64,000 nt of DNA from an uncultured Candidatus Actinomarina sp. (GTDB taxonomy: Bacteria; Actinomycetota; Acidimicrobiia; Actinomarinales; Actinomarinaceae): contig CACPPU010000004.1 of NCBI GenBank assembly GCA_902635945.1, positions 2,820-66,819 of the forward strand. The letters run 5' to 3'. This document shows, one piece after another, positions 1-10,340 of the stretch (positions are counted from its first letter, which is position 1; the number at the start of each line of letters is the position of its first letter). A program made the position numbers and the translations under genes. A model generated the notes under the pieces. The model made no database searches. It was not told where the DNA came from and was given only the letters and a program-made list of their open reading frames with translations.

Positions 1-405
1 ATTTGCAAATGCTTGGTCTGCTTCATTTTGGATTTTCTTCCAACTTCTTGTTGACCAAACTTCAACTACTGGGCCTGATCCAGTTACGGTTACTTCTTCG
101 TTGATGTCTATACCGCTATATGCACGTAGATTTTCAGGTACCTGAACTCTTCCAGCAGAATCGATTTTTACATCTATAGCGCCACTAAACAAAGCTCTTC
201 TTAATTGTCTAGATGTTCGATCTGTGGAAGGAAGCGATGCCATTTTTGAGGCTTCATTTTCCCAATTGTCTTTTGTTAATATTTGAAGACAATTATCTTG
301 CCCCTTGGTGATTACACAGCCCTGTTGAAGCTCTTCTCTGAACTTTGAAGGTATAACTACTCTACCTTTAGAGTCCATTGTATGTTGAAACTCACCAAGG
401 AACAC
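1..405 (-). CDS. mraZ: Transcriptional regulator MraZ (C-terminal end runs off the left window edge)
   Basis: Absent from the ORF track because it runs off the edge. My minus-strand translation from GTG (405-403) gives (M)FLGEFQHTMDSKGRVVIPSKFREEL...GAIDVKIDSAGRVQVPENLRAY...EVWSTRSWKKIQ. This is the typical MraZ N-terminus with two DxxGRxxxP SpoVT/AbrB-type motifs. 135 codons stay open down to position 1. Confidence 0.85.
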   Translation of the reverse strand, partial: MFLGEFQHTMDSKGRVVIPSKFREELQQGCVITKGQDNCLQILTKDNWENEASKMASLPSTDRTSRQLRRALFSGAIDVKIDSAGRVQVPENLRAYSGIDINEEVTVTGSGPVVEVWSTRSWKKIQNEADQAFAN

Positions 406-429
406 TTTATCCGCCTTTCGTGCCTTGAA

Positions 430-476
430 CCACTTTTAAACATTATATGACACTTTATGACACTCTGCAACACTTT
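430..476 (-). promoter_or_regulatory. mraZ/dcw promoter (TTGCAG-N17-TATAAT) overlapped by phased MraZ-box-like direct repeats
   Basis: Minus strand reads AAAGTGT-tgc-AGAGTGT-cat-AAAGTGT (476 to 450), then TATAAT (447-442), then AAAGTGG (436-430). TTGCAG (470-465) lies exactly 17 nt upstream of TATAAT. Repeat 5' ends fall at 476, 466, 456 and 436, i.e. 10/10/20-nt phasing. Confidence 0.6.
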
Positions 477-490
477 TTGAGAAAAAATTT

Positions 491-1000
491 TTATGCTGAA
501 ATAAGGTATTCTTCCCAAGAAGGATCTGGATTGCTGCCAACAATAGTCTTGATCCAAAAATTATCTTTTGGATTAGATGGAGGATTTTTAAGATTTAAAT
601 GTGTTTGGTGAAGAAGCTTATCGGCTTTAATTAAATTACACTTTTTGCAACATGCAACCACATTTGACCACTCATGTAGGCCACCTTTGGAACGAGGAAT
701 TATATGATCAACCGACTCTGCAGATTTACCACAATATTGACATGTAAAAAAATCTCTAATAAATATATTTTCACGATTTAGAGCTACTCTCCTAGCAAAA
801 GGAGCTTTAACAAAATAAGTTAAAATTCCAACTTTTGGAACAAAAAATTCTTCTTTCTCAGAATGTAAAATTATTTCAGAATTTTTTATAGCATTTATTT
901 TCTTGTTATGCATTAACGAAATTGCTCTTTTAAACGAAACAACTGAAAGAGGTTGGAATGTAGAATTTAAAATTAACGTCCTATGACTTGATAGGTTCAT
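491..1000 (-). CDS. HNH endonuclease family protein
   Basis: CQYCG...VDHIIPRSKGG...WSNVVACCKKCNLIK is an HNH/His-Me finger with CxxC...CxxC zinc ligands. Confidence 0.8.
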   Translation of the reverse strand: MNLSSHRTLILNSTFQPLSVVSFKRAISLMHNKKINAIKNSEIILHSEKEEFFVPKVGILTYFVKAPFARRVALNRENIFIRDFFTCQYCGKSAESVDHIIPRSKGGLHEWSNVVACCKKCNLIKADKLLHQTHLNLKNPPSNPKDNFWIKTIVGSNPDPSWEEYLISA

Positions 1001-1024
1001 GGTAAATCTATGCTGTTTTGATTT

Positions 1025-1516
1025 CTATGCTTGAAGTTCTTGACTAAGTACATCATCTTCCACTTTAGTCAATAAATTTAAAAATCTTTCTTTATCTAAC
1101 TCAAATTTGGAAACATCTTCTTTAACTTCTTGAGTAACAGTATCAATTGTTTCGAAAAATGTAAGTTGTCCATTTTTCAAAGCGTCAAAAACTTCATTGT
1201 CTTCAACAGAGTATATTGTCTTACCATCAGACTTAAGTTTTACTTCTGATAAATGTTTTGTAAGATCACCATTTTTAGTTAAATATTTCCAAGCCCTTCT
1301 AACTCTTTGAATACTCATGCCATTATCAAGTAATGTCTTTATAACCCTCAAGGCAACAATATCTCTAAATGAATAAAATTTAGGAACTCCAGGTTTTCCA
1401 TCAGAAGATTGTACTGATGGAGATACTAAATTTACTTTGTCCCAGTATCTTAATTGATGAGATGTGCATCCAGAAAGATAGCATGCTTGCTTTGATGTAA
1501 AAGCATTTTTCTTCAA
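1025..1516 (-). CDS. MerR-family HTH transcriptional regulator
   Basis: N-terminal FTSKQACYLSGCTSHQLRYWDKVNLVSP...YSFRDIVALRVIKTLLDNGMSIQRVR matches the MerR HTH and wing pattern. TTG start with AGGAG 9 nt upstream. Confidence 0.75.
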   Translation of the reverse strand: MKKNAFTSKQACYLSGCTSHQLRYWDKVNLVSPSVQSSDGKPGVPKFYSFRDIVALRVIKTLLDNGMSIQRVRRAWKYLTKNGDLTKHLSEVKLKSDGKTIYSVEDNEVFDALKNGQLTFFETIDTVTQEVKEDVSKFELDKERFLNLLTKVEDDVLSQELQA

Positions 1517-1565
1517 ACCTTACTCCTAAAAAAAAAATGATGTATATTTAATTTAATTAAATTTT

Positions 1566-1913
1566 TTATTTTTGTCTAGAGCTATCTTGGTTTCTTAAAA
1601 TTTTAATTACTTGTTTTATGTTCCACTCTTTTACGTTTTCAGCTTTTAAAAGTGATCTTGTATTTGCGACAAATACATATCCAGCAACTGCCATTACAGA
1701 AAATCCAAATATAGCTATAGCGGGTTGAATTATATAGGTACTAAACATTGTCAATAGTCCTAAAACAAACACAAAAAAAGAAATAACTGCTCTGTTTCTT
1801 GTAAATTTAGAAAGAGTAGAGTCTTCAACTGTTTTTGCTAAATCAGGATCGTCCTTCATTAGCTCTTGTTCAATTTGTTTTAAAATTTCTTCTTCTTCTT
1901 TATTCAAACCCAT
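1566..1913 (-). CDS. DUF3040-like small membrane protein
   Basis: N-terminal LNKEEEEILKQIEQELMKDDPDLAK followed by two TM helices. This is the typical actinobacterial DUF3040 layout, found here near mraZ. Confidence 0.6.
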   Translation of the reverse strand: MGLNKEEEEILKQIEQELMKDDPDLAKTVEDSTLSKFTRNRAVISFFVFVLGLLTMFSTYIIQPAIAIFGFSVMAVAGYVFVANTRSLLKAENVKEWNIKQVIKILRNQDSSRQK

Positions 1914-1951
1914 ATGTAAATCTTAATATAAAAATGAGTTAGTCTAAATTA

Positions 1952-2494
1952 ATGGGTAATTTATTTCTTAGACATGGTGAGGTTGAAAATGAAAAAGATG
2001 TGTTTTACGCAAACCTTCCAGGATTTTATTTAAGCAGTAAGGGTGAGATGCAAGCCAAAGATGCAGCAAAAAAAATTAAAAAGTTATTCAATATTGAAAA
2101 AATTATCACATCCCCTCTTTTAAGAGCAAGGCAGACCGCCAGTATTGTAAATGAAGAACTTAAGACGGATATAGATGTGTCTTACAATATTATTGAATGG
2201 TCCGGACCATATGAATGGATTGGTAAAACAATAGAAGAGATAAAACTTACAGATAGTTTTAAAAATTACAACAATAACCCTCTTAATTTAAAAAATACAT
2301 TAGAAAGCTTAAAAAATGTTCATGATAGATTTAAATTAGATTATGAGAAATATGAAAATACTCTTTTTGTTTCTCATCAAGATACCATAAGAGCTTTTAC
2401 TTATTACTACTTAGAAGAAAAAGATTTTATAAAAAATAGGCCTGTTCATTGTGAATTACAATCTATAGAAAATAAATTAATAAATACATACTAG
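1952..2494 (+). CDS. Histidine phosphatase family protein (PGAM-like)
   Basis: LRHGE (RHG catalytic motif) at the N-terminus, SPLLRARQTA, and a later SHQD histidine. Confidence 0.75.
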   Translation: MGNLFLRHGEVENEKDVFYANLPGFYLSSKGEMQAKDAAKKIKKLFNIEKIITSPLLRARQTASIVNEELKTDIDVSYNIIEWSGPYEWIGKTIEEIKLTDSFKNYNNNPLNLKNTLESLKNVHDRFKLDYEKYENTLFVSHQDTIRAFTYYYLEEKDFIKNRPVHCELQSIENKLINTY

Positions 2495-2513
2495 GTTTGT
2501 CATTGTAGGTATA

Positions 2514-2738
2514 TTAAGTAATGCTTATAATAAAATAATATAAAATAAGCAGTCCTCCACCAAAAGACCCAATGAATCCCAAGCTACCAACTATGGGTTC
2601 TAATGATTTAAAAAATTTTGAATTAAAGTTTTCTAAGTATATATCAACAATCTTTCTGCTAAGTTGAAAAGAAATAAATCCATTGAAAAAAATATATACA
2701 AAACTTAAAATCGTAATCCAAGGGTTAGGAAAATTCAT
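2514..2738 (-). CDS. Hypothetical small membrane protein
   Basis: 74-aa ORF with two hydrophobic helices filling an otherwise empty gap. No recognisable family. Confidence 0.35.
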   Translation of the reverse strand: MNFPNPWITILSFVYIFFNGFISFQLSRKIVDIYLENFNSKFFKSLEPIVGSLGFIGSFGGGLLILYYFIISIT

Positions 2739-2761
2739 AATAAGGTAAAGTTAATATAATT

Positions 2762-3001
2762 ATGAGATTTAGCAACAAGACTCGGATTTTTATATACACT
2801 TCCGTAATTTTATTATCTAGTTATATCGGCTATCTTCTTGGAAATACATTTTGCATTATCTCTGATGAAGGGAGTTGCTTAACAAGTGTTTTAACTTATG
2901 TTGGTGTGATTAATATATTTAATTTAATTGGTGTTTTTATATTGGTTAATTTATCTGAAAAATCAATAACAGAATGGAATCAAAATTTGGAAGAAGAGTG
3001 A
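2762..3001 (+). CDS. Hypothetical small membrane protein
   Basis: 79-aa ORF with two hydrophobic helices. No recognisable family. Confidence 0.35.
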   Translation: MRFSNKTRIFIYTSVILLSSYIGYLLGNTFCIISDEGSCLTSVLTYVGVINIFNLIGVFILVNLSEKSITEWNQNLEEE

Positions 3002-4008
3002 ATCAATTTCTCACAAATTTTATCAATGTCATTTTGTACTATATCTTTATGAAACACTAATCTAATTGATTTCTCTCCAATGAGTCCTGCATTAATTGAT
3101 TCGTTATAAAAAATATCTAATAATTTATTCGGGTCTTCTTCGTTTTTAATATTCAAAAATATCATATTTGTTCCTTTGTAAACAATGCTTTGTATTTTTT
3201 CGTTGTTTAAATTTACATTAAGGAAGTCGTAAACTTTTTTGGCTTTGGCATGGTCTTCAAGAATACTTTCTCTGCCTTGCAAAGCAGCTTTTGCCATTGA
3301 AGCAATTACGCCAACCTGTCTCATTCCTCCTCCAAGTTTTTTTCTATATTCTCTTGCCTCCTTTATAAATTCCATAGAGCCAAGCAGCATAGAGCCTATA
3401 GGTGCTCCTAGAGCTTTTGAGAAGCAGAATGTTAAACTATCACAGTAATCCCCATAATTCATATTATTTTTATCCTCTTGTATTGCATGCCATATTCTCG
3501 CACCATCTACATGGAGCTTCAGACTATGTTCCCTGACAATCTTGCTTAAAGATTTTATTGAATCAAAAGATACGATCGAACCTCCAGATGCCAGATGAGT
3601 GTTTTCAATCGAAACAGTTTTGATTATGGGTTTGTGGACTTTTGACTTTAATATAAGTTTTTCTAAATACTCTAAATTCAACTCTCCATCTGTATGTTCA
3701 GCATCACGAAATTGTACACGAGATAAGAAAGCTGCAGCTCCATGTTCGTAATTTTTAATGTGTGAGTCATGAGGTGTAATTACTTCTGTACCGGGGTCAT
3801 TATGAATTAATAGTGAAATCTGATTTCCCATTAGACCTGAAGAAACAAATAATCCTTTTTCAAAACCTAAGAGATTAGCACACTCATCCTCTAAATTATT
3901 TACAGTAGGATCTTCAATATACTCATCGTCACCAAGCTCTGCATTTAAAGCACTCTCTAAAACCTTCTTTGAAGGTTTGGTTACAGTATCTGATCTTAAG
4001 TCATACAC
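2980..4008 (-). CDS. ltaE: Low-specificity L-threonine aldolase
   Basis: MYDLRSDTVTKP N-terminus, HVDGARIW, and CFSKALGAP (PLP lysine). These are hallmarks of the beta-eliminating lyase / threonine aldolase family. Confidence 0.85.
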   Translation of the reverse strand: MYDLRSDTVTKPSKKVLESALNAELGDDEYIEDPTVNNLEDECANLLGFEKGLFVSSGLMGNQISLLIHNDPGTEVITPHDSHIKNYEHGAAAFLSRVQFRDAEHTDGELNLEYLEKLILKSKVHKPIIKTVSIENTHLASGGSIVSFDSIKSLSKIVREHSLKLHVDGARIWHAIQEDKNNMNYGDYCDSLTFCFSKALGAPIGSMLLGSMEFIKEAREYRKKLGGGMRQVGVIASMAKAALQGRESILEDHAKAKKVYDFLNVNLNNEKIQSIVYKGTNMIFLNIKNEEDPNKLLDIFYNESINAGLIGEKSIRLVFHKDIVQNDIDKICEKLIHSSSKF

Positions 4009-5171
4009 TAGAGAGCTGCCTTAATATTTTTCATTGCTTGTCTAATTCTTTGTTTATTTTCAACTAAAGCAATTCTAATATAGCCCTCACCAAATTTTCC
4101 GAAACCAACTCCTGGTGAGACTGCTACATTTGATTTTTCTAAAATGTCTAATGAAAATTTTAATGAATCTTTATCAAATTTTTCTGGAAGTTTTGCCCAG
4201 ACAAACATAGTCGCGTCAGATTCCTGAACAATAAAGTCTAAATCTTCTAAGTGCTCAACAACTAATTCTCTTCTTTCTTTATAAACAGTTGATAATTCAA
4301 ATGGATACTCATCTAATTCATTTAAAGCAACAGTAGATGCAATTTGTATTGGTTGAAAAGTTCCATAATCAATGTAAGACTTTAACTTTGTAACTGCTGC
4401 AACTGCATCTGCATTGCCTACTGCAAATCCTACTCTCCATCCAGCCATTGAATATCCCTTAGTAAGAGAATATAACTCAACGCTATGTTGTAAATTCTTG
4501 TCTGAAGATAAAAGTGAGGGAGGTTTATTTCCCTCAAAATATATATCTGAGTATGCAAAATCATTAACTATTAAAAAGTTATATTTTTCAGCTAATTCAA
4601 CAAGACTGTCGTAAAAAATTTGGTCAACAGTAAGAGTTGTTGGATTATGCGGAAAAGATATTAATAACAATTTAATTTTTGTTTTCTTTAAGATGTCATT
4701 TAATTCTGTCAAAAAGGCTGACTTATCAAGACAATTTACTTTTATTGTTTCAGCTCTTGCTATTAACGGAGCAAAATGGTGAATTGGGTAGCTTGGATCT
4801 TGAACAACAACCTTGTCTCCAGGGTTTAAGACTGACATTAAGAGGTGAGTTAACCCTTCTTTACTGCCAATAGTATTTACAACGTTCGAATTTGCATCAA
4901 GATTAACTTGATAATTTTTTTCATATTTAATAGCAATAGCTTCTCTTAAACCAAATATTCCTTTTGATACAGAATATTTATGATTTTTTTTGAGCTTAGC
5001 TGTTTCAATTAATTTATCTACTACTTTATCGTGCGTTGGTAAATCAGGATTACCATATCCTAAATCTATTATGTCTTTTCCCGAGTGACGCGCAGTAATC
5101 TTTTTTTGATTAATTTCATTGAATAAATATTCAGGAAAATTGTTTATCAATTCATTGCTGTATTTATTCAT
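4008..5171 (-). CDS. Class I/II pyridoxal-phosphate aminotransferase (AlaA/AspC-like)
   Basis: GYGNPDLP, FPHNPT, NDFAYSD, and SLTKGYSMAGWRVGF (PLP-lysine motif). Confidence 0.85.
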   Translation of the reverse strand: MNKYSNELINNFPEYLFNEINQKKITARHSGKDIIDLGYGNPDLPTHDKVVDKLIETAKLKKNHKYSVSKGIFGLREAIAIKYEKNYQVNLDANSNVVNTIGSKEGLTHLLMSVLNPGDKVVVQDPSYPIHHFAPLIARAETIKVNCLDKSAFLTELNDILKKTKIKLLLISFPHNPTTLTVDQIFYDSLVELAEKYNFLIVNDFAYSDIYFEGNKPPSLLSSDKNLQHSVELYSLTKGYSMAGWRVGFAVGNADAVAAVTKLKSYIDYGTFQPIQIASTVALNELDEYPFELSTVYKERRELVVEHLEDLDFIVQESDATMFVWAKLPEKFDKDSLKFSLDILEKSNVAVSPGVGFGKFGEGYIRIALVENKQRIRQAMKNIKAAL

Positions 5172-5851
5172 CTAAAAATATTATCTATAGTTTCAAAAAA
5201 AATCTCTCGATTTGAATCTTTTAATATATGTATATATTCGTAGTTTAATTCACTATCAAAAAAATTTGGCTTGCCAGCTTTTAAGCATAAACTTATATTT
5301 CCTTTTGGATTCTCAATTTGAGTAAATATAGATTCTTTTTCTTCAAATAACTTTTTAGTGCCCATCCATTGATTAATTCCAATTGAATATTTTTTAATTA
5401 ATTGAAGTTTTTTTTCTGAGTGTCCCCCAATAAATAGACTGATATTGTTTTGTCTAAACATATTTGAATCTACTATTTCATTTATAATTTTTTCAATGTC
5501 ATTTGAGAAATTAGGTCTTTTTTCAAATTTATCATCACCTGTGCCAATTCCCAATTTAAAATTTTTAATTTCAAGAAATTTATATATATATTCTTCAAGC
5601 AATTCCTGAAATGGTCTCGCATTAATGTTTAATACACATACACCCAATCTGATTTGACCATTAACAACTTCATTTAATTTGTAAATACCATCTATTAATT
5701 CATAAACATCTAAATCGCTACCTGCAGGGTTTTTTCCATGATCAAATAAATATATTGTATCGATGTCTAAGGACATTAATTTTTCTGTTTTAACTATAAA
5801 ATCATTTTTAAAGAATTCTCCAGGAAGTAAAACAGATTTAATTTTCTTCAT
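5168..5851 (-). CDS. Compact luciferase-like (LLM class) oxidoreductase-like protein; start uncertain
   Basis: IRLGVCVLNINARP, KLGIGTGD and LFIGGHSEKKLQLIKKYSIGINQW resemble conserved LLM blocks. I prefer the internal ATG at 5851 (MKKIKSV) over the ORF-track start at 5875. Confidence 0.45.
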   Translation of the reverse strand: MKKIKSVLLPGEFFKNDFIVKTEKLMSLDIDTIYLFDHGKNPAGSDLDVYELIDGIYKLNEVVNGQIRLGVCVLNINARPFQELLEEYIYKFLEIKNFKLGIGTGDDKFEKRPNFSNDIEKIINEIVDSNMFRQNNISLFIGGHSEKKLQLIKKYSIGINQWMGTKKLFEEKESIFTQIENPKGNISLCLKAGKPNFFDSELNYEYIHILKDSNREIFFETIDNIFR

Positions 5852-6752
5852 TAAATGAAAGTGCTGCTGCACCAATTATTCCAGAGTCTTCTCCTTGATT
5901 AGAAATAAATATTTCCGGGAAAATTCTAGATGGAAATTTATATCTCTTTTGAATATCGCTAGTAATCAGATCTATTAAGTCAAAAGGTTCAGAAGACATA
6001 GTTCCTCCAAGAACAAAGACTTCATTGTTGAATATTTCAAATAAACTTATTAACCCATCTGAAATATTTTGAATTATTTCATCTCGAACATTATTTTCTT
6101 TATTTGTAAGATTTAAATTCTTATCAAATATTATTGAACCAACATTTTTCTCTGCAAATCTTTTTGCAAGTTCTGAAGTTTTGTTTTCCAACGAAAGTTG
6201 GGAACATCTTTGTGTCCATACTGAAGCTGCAACTGAAGCTTCATAACATCCTTTTTTTCCGCAGCCGCATAAAACATCTCTATTGTTTGCGGTAAGCATA
6301 TGACCAAGCTCTCCTGCGCTTCCCTGTCCTCTTAATAATTTACCTTCAGAAATTATTCCTCCACCAACCCCTGTTCCAAAAGTTAACATTATTAAATTAG
6401 AAAACTTATTTTTATAACTTAATAAGTACTCGCAGTAAGCTGCGACATTGCCATCATTATCCAGATAGAATTCATAATCTGTAAAATTTACTAATTTAGA
6501 AAAATTAATGTCATATTGTAAATTTGGACCATATGAATATTGTTTTTTTTCAAAATTTACAAATCCTGGCATAGCAATTGATACTTTTGAAATATTTGAT
6601 ATGTTTTCCTTAATAATTTCGGATATAGAATCAATAAATTTTTCTTCATTCTCTGGAGTTGGTATCTTATCTTTCTTTAAAACTTTATAAGATCTATCTA
6701 TGACACCGTATTTTACGGTTGTACCTCCAACATCAAAAGCTAAACAATTCAT
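5838..6752 (-). CDS. ROK-family sugar kinase (glucokinase-like)
   Basis: FDVGGTTVKYG ATP-binding motif, GELGH, and the CGCGKKGCYE ROK zinc motif. Confidence 0.85.
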   Translation of the reverse strand: MNCLAFDVGGTTVKYGVIDRSYKVLKKDKIPTPENEEKFIDSISEIIKENISNISKVSIAMPGFVNFEKKQYSYGPNLQYDINFSKLVNFTDYEFYLDNDGNVAAYCEYLLSYKNKFSNLIMLTFGTGVGGGIISEGKLLRGQGSAGELGHMLTANNRDVLCGCGKKGCYEASVAASVWTQRCSQLSLENKTSELAKRFAEKNVGSIIFDKNLNLTNKENNVRDEIIQNISDGLISLFEIFNNEVFVLGGTMSSEPFDLIDLITSDIQKRYKFPSRIFPEIFISNQGEDSGIIGAAALSFNEEN

Positions 6753-7519
6753 ATATAAATTGATGATAATTCTAAATATTGATTAGTTGCCCGAAAATAA
6801 CCTACATTAATGCATCGAGTTGCTCTTATCCTCCAATTCGAAGCAAGAGGTTGATGAACATCTCCAAATAAAGAATATTTAGGTTGATAACTTTCAATAA
6901 AATCTTTTAGACTAACCCATCCTTGTTCGATTTTATTTGTAACAACATCAGTAACTAACTCACGAACAAGCGGAGGTGCATGTGTGCAGATTATATTGGA
7001 GTCTTTTAAGTTAAATAGTTTTTTTGAAAATGTTTCTTCGTCAATTTCTCCCCTTGCATTTATTGGTGTTGGAACTCCACCACCAGCAAATCCAATTTTT
7101 TTATTATCAAATTCAACCAATAATCCATCTACATTCTTAACTGAACTACTTAAGTAAGTATTCATAATGTCTACATCGTCTACATTTCCTGGAATAAACC
7201 AGACTTCGTATTTTTTAAGAACTGCAAAAACATCTTCGTATTGTTTATTAATTGCATTTTGCATTTTTTTTGCAATTTTGTCTGGGTCAGTTTTATACAA
7301 TTCTTTCCATAATGTTTTTCTTTCATCAAATTTGTGTTCTTTTCTTAAATTAATCAATTTTTCAACATTATCTTTGCCAAAGACATCCATGGCAATTCCT
7401 TGTCCATCTCTGTAATCAATCCAATTGATTAAATCACCTAAAATGACAATAGGTCCCTTATTCTGTGGTAAAGAATTAAGATACTCTATCTGATAGTGAA
7501 CATCCGATACGAATATCAT
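6749..7519 (-). CDS. Metallophosphoesterase (calcineurin-like)
   Basis: IFVSDVH, ILGDLINW, GNVD, CTHAPP, and GDVH metal-ligand motifs. Confidence 0.75.
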   Translation of the reverse strand: MIFVSDVHYQIEYLNSLPQNKGPIVILGDLINWIDYRDGQGIAMDVFGKDNVEKLINLRKEHKFDERKTLWKELYKTDPDKIAKKMQNAINKQYEDVFAVLKKYEVWFIPGNVDDVDIMNTYLSSSVKNVDGLLVEFDNKKIGFAGGGVPTPINARGEIDEETFSKKLFNLKDSNIICTHAPPLVRELVTDVVTNKIEQGWVSLKDFIESYQPKYSLFGDVHQPLASNWRIRATRCINVGYFRATNQYLELSSIYI

Positions 7520-7524
7520 TTCAA

Positions 7525-9186
7525 CTAATTTGTAACTGCTCCAGCGTCTGAACCACTGACTAGCTTAGAGTATTTATGAAGAACACCAGATTTATAACGA
7601 GGTTCAGGAAGGGTAAGTAAACCAAAGCGTTTATTCATTTCCTCTTCACTTATATCAAGGTTTAGGGTTCTGTTTGAAATATCTAGGCTAATAATATCTC
7701 CATTTTTACATATTGATATTGGGCCTCTGTCAAAACTTTCTGGAGCGACATGTCCGATGCACAAACCTGTTGTTCCACCAGAAAATCTTCCATCTGTAAT
7801 TAACAAAACGTCTTTACCAAGTCCAGCACCTTTTATAGCTGCTGTTATTTGTAACATTTCCCTCATACCTGGGCCACCTTTAGGACCTTCATTGCGAATA
7901 ACAACAACTTGGCCTTTTTCTATATCACCATTAAAAAGTGCATCCAGTGCATCTTGTTCGCTATCAAATACATTTGCAGGTCCTGAGAAATTATTTATAT
8001 CTATTCCAGCAGTCTTTACGACTGAACCTTTTGTAGAAAGACTTCCTTTTAAAACTGCTATCCCTCCTTCGTTTGAAATAGGATTATCCGGAAAACTTAT
8101 TACATCTTGGTTTTTTGGAATTTCAACATTTTCTAAATTTTCACCAACAGTTTTACCTGTAACAGTCGTACATTCTGGATTTATTAGACCGTTTTCTAAT
8201 AAAATTTTTGAAACAACAGGAACTCCCCCAATTTTATCCAAATCAACCATATGAAATTTCCCAAACGGTTTCATATCTGCAAGATGAGGTACATTTCTAC
8301 TGAGTTCATCAAACGTCTCCAAACTTAGAGACACTTTTGACTCATGTGCAATTGCAAGTAAATGAAGAACAGCATTTGTACTTCCTCCTAAAGCTAACAC
8401 AGTAGTAATTGCATTTTTGAAAGCCTCATTTGTCATAATGTCTCTTGGTTTGATGTCATGTTTTAGTAAATAATTTAATTGTTTTCCTGATTCTTCAGCT
8501 GCAACTCGAAGTCTGCTGTCTTCAGCAGGTATTGATGCTGTACCAGGTAAGCTCATTCCAATCGCCTCACCAACGGATGCCATTGTGTTAGCCGTAAACA
8601 TCCCGGCACATGATCCAACACCAGGGCATGCAGCACACTCTATTTCATATAAATCTTCTTTTGTAATCATTCCTTTTTCATATGCCCCAATACCTTCAAA
8701 AACATCAACAATTGATATATCTTTTCCTTTATAGACGCCTGGTAAGCTACTTCCTCCATAGAGAAATATTGCAGGTCTATTTATTCTGCCAGCTGCCATC
8801 AACATACCAGGTAAAGACTTATCGCAACCGGCTATAGTTACCATCCCATCAAATCGTTCTGCATGCATTACAAGCTCTACTGAATCCGCAATAACTTCTC
8901 TCGATACAAGAGATGCTCTCATGCCCTCGTGCCCCATTGATATTCCATCGGAAACTGCAATAGTTGAAAAAATTAATCCAGCAGAATCGGGACCGTTAAC
9001 ACCGACTTTTGCATGTTCAGATAACTCAGGTCCAGTTAAATTACAAGGTGTTACTTCATTACCTGCAGAGACTATTCCTACTTGAAATTTATTAAAATCA
9101 TCATCCTTTAAACCTACTGCACGAAGCATGGCACGAGCAGCAGATTTACTTACACCTTTTGTTACGTCATCAGATATTTTTGCCAT
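7525..9186 (-). CDS. ilvD: Dihydroxy-acid dehydratase
   Basis: 553 aa with [36 protein letters not shown], and TDGRFSGGT. Confidence 0.95.
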   Translation of the reverse strand: MAKISDDVTKGVSKSAARAMLRAVGLKDDDFNKFQVGIVSAGNEVTPCNLTGPELSEHAKVGVNGPDSAGLIFSTIAVSDGISMGHEGMRASLVSREVIADSVELVMHAERFDGMVTIAGCDKSLPGMLMAAGRINRPAIFLYGGSSLPGVYKGKDISIVDVFEGIGAYEKGMITKEDLYEIECAACPGVGSCAGMFTANTMASVGEAIGMSLPGTASIPAEDSRLRVAAEESGKQLNYLLKHDIKPRDIMTNEAFKNAITTVLALGGSTNAVLHLLAIAHESKVSLSLETFDELSRNVPHLADMKPFGKFHMVDLDKIGGVPVVSKILLENGLINPECTTVTGKTVGENLENVEIPKNQDVISFPDNPISNEGGIAVLKGSLSTKGSVVKTAGIDINNFSGPANVFDSEQDALDALFNGDIEKGQVVVIRNEGPKGGPGMREMLQITAAIKGAGLGKDVLLITDGRFSGGTTGLCIGHVAPESFDRGPISICKNGDIISLDISNRTLNLDISEEEMNKRFGLLTLPEPRYKSGVLHKYSKLVSGSDAGAVTN

Positions 9187-9200
9187 AGAATAAGAATAGA

Positions 9201-10310
9201 TTATTTAGCTAATGAAATCATTTTTTTTAATTTTTCATATTCTTCTTTAATACTGTTTTCTTCTGAATCAAAAGAATTAATCAAGTTTTGACATACATCG
9301 TTATTACCAATTTTAAAGAGTGCCCACATGATATATATTTTTAAGTGTGATGAACTTTCTGGATAAATCTTTTCTAAAAAACTTGAAGTATTTTGATCTG
9401 GATTGTTACCAAGCGCAATAATGGCGTTTCTTTTCAGATATTCAGCATTTCTTTTTGGAATATAAAACCAATAGAACATTTCATTCAGTTTTTCGTTATC
9501 TTCTTTAATAATTGCTTCAAGATTAACTTGTTGGTTTTTATTAAATATAACTACATTATTATTTTCTTGCCCAGGCGGACAAGAAGTAAGGCAGTCGTCA
9601 CATCCATAAAATTTATTTCCTATTGCATCGCGCATTTCATATGGAATCAATTCTGGTGACTGAAGCCAGTAAGATATACACTTGTTTGAATCAAGTTTGT
9701 ATTCACTATTTAACGCTCCAGTTGGACAAGATATCTGACATAAATTGCACTCACCACAGGAATAGTTTGTATTTTCGCTTTCTTCAAATGTATGGTCTAC
9801 ATAAATAGTAGCTAATAATTGCCAAGGTCCTGCACCTGGTGTTAACATCATTGTGCTTTTGCCTTGCCATCCCAAACCAGATGATACAAAAAAAGTTCTA
9901 TCGTAATGATTAGGGTTATCAATAAATGATTTAAATTTAATATTTAATTTTTCAAAAACTTGTTCAATTTCAGTGATTTTGTTTTTTAAAGGTAAATAAT
10001 AATCTTCTTCTGCAAACCTAGCAATTTGACCATAACCGGGAGAAGTTAGCATGGATGGTTGTGTTTTGTTTTTGTAGTTGTATGTAATCAAAATTGCAGA
10101 TTTTGCCCAGTCAAATTTATCACCTAATCCCGAATATTCCGGATTTGAAAAAGTAAACTTCATATTTGCATGAAGTTGATTATTTTTTATATTGTTAATT
10201 TCTTCTCCAAAATTTAATTTTGAAGGTAAATTAGTGACTCCTAAATTAAAATTTGAAGAAAAATTTAAATTATTTTCTTCAAAAAAATTTATAACATTTA
10301 TATCTTTCAT
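9201..10310 (-). CDS. queG: Epoxyqueuosine reductase (4Fe-4S, HEAT-like C-terminus)
   Basis: [16 protein letters not shown] and CDDCLTSCP ferredoxin-type motifs, plus C-terminal [10 protein letters not shown]. Confidence 0.75.
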   Translation of the reverse strand: MKDINVINFFEENNLNFSSNFNLGVTNLPSKLNFGEEINNIKNNQLHANMKFTFSNPEYSGLGDKFDWAKSAILITYNYKNKTQPSMLTSPGYGQIARFAEEDYYLPLKNKITEIEQVFEKLNIKFKSFIDNPNHYDRTFFVSSGLGWQGKSTMMLTPGAGPWQLLATIYVDHTFEESENTNYSCGECNLCQISCPTGALNSEYKLDSNKCISYWLQSPELIPYEMRDAIGNKFYGCDDCLTSCPPGQENNNVVIFNKNQQVNLEAIIKEDNEKLNEMFYWFYIPKRNAEYLKRNAIIALGNNPDQNTSSFLEKIYPESSSHLKIYIMWALFKIGNNDVCQNLINSFDSEENSIKEEYEKLKKMISLAK

Positions 10311-10340
10311 TTTTTTAAGGTTTTACTATAGTTATTCTAA

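Noticed and set aside
357-557. 66-aa minus-strand ORF from the track (MDQDYCWQQ...)
   Set aside because: It spans the mraZ promoter/operator and overlaps the mraZ start in another frame. Its composition is low-complexity and unlike a real protein. The mraZ reading frame explains this DNA.
491-1000. HNH endonuclease as part of a restriction or defence system
   Set aside because: There is no methyltransferase, helicase, ATPase or other defence partner nearby. It sits among conserved housekeeping neighbours (MerR, DUF3040, mraZ) and looks like the stand-alone conserved HNH protein common in actinobacteria.
1528-1537. A10 (T10 on the minus strand) tract between the DUF3040-like and MerR genes as a terminator or regulatory tract
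   Set aside because: No preceding stem-loop is present. It sits just upstream of the MerR AGGAG RBS and is most simply AT-rich spacer.
7757-8254. 165-aa plus-strand ORF inside ilvD
   Set aside because: It is a shadow ORF antisense to a highly conserved ilvD frame. Its Pro/Ser-rich composition is typical of antisense translation. The same applies to 3239-3448, 4414-4614 and 4679-4873.
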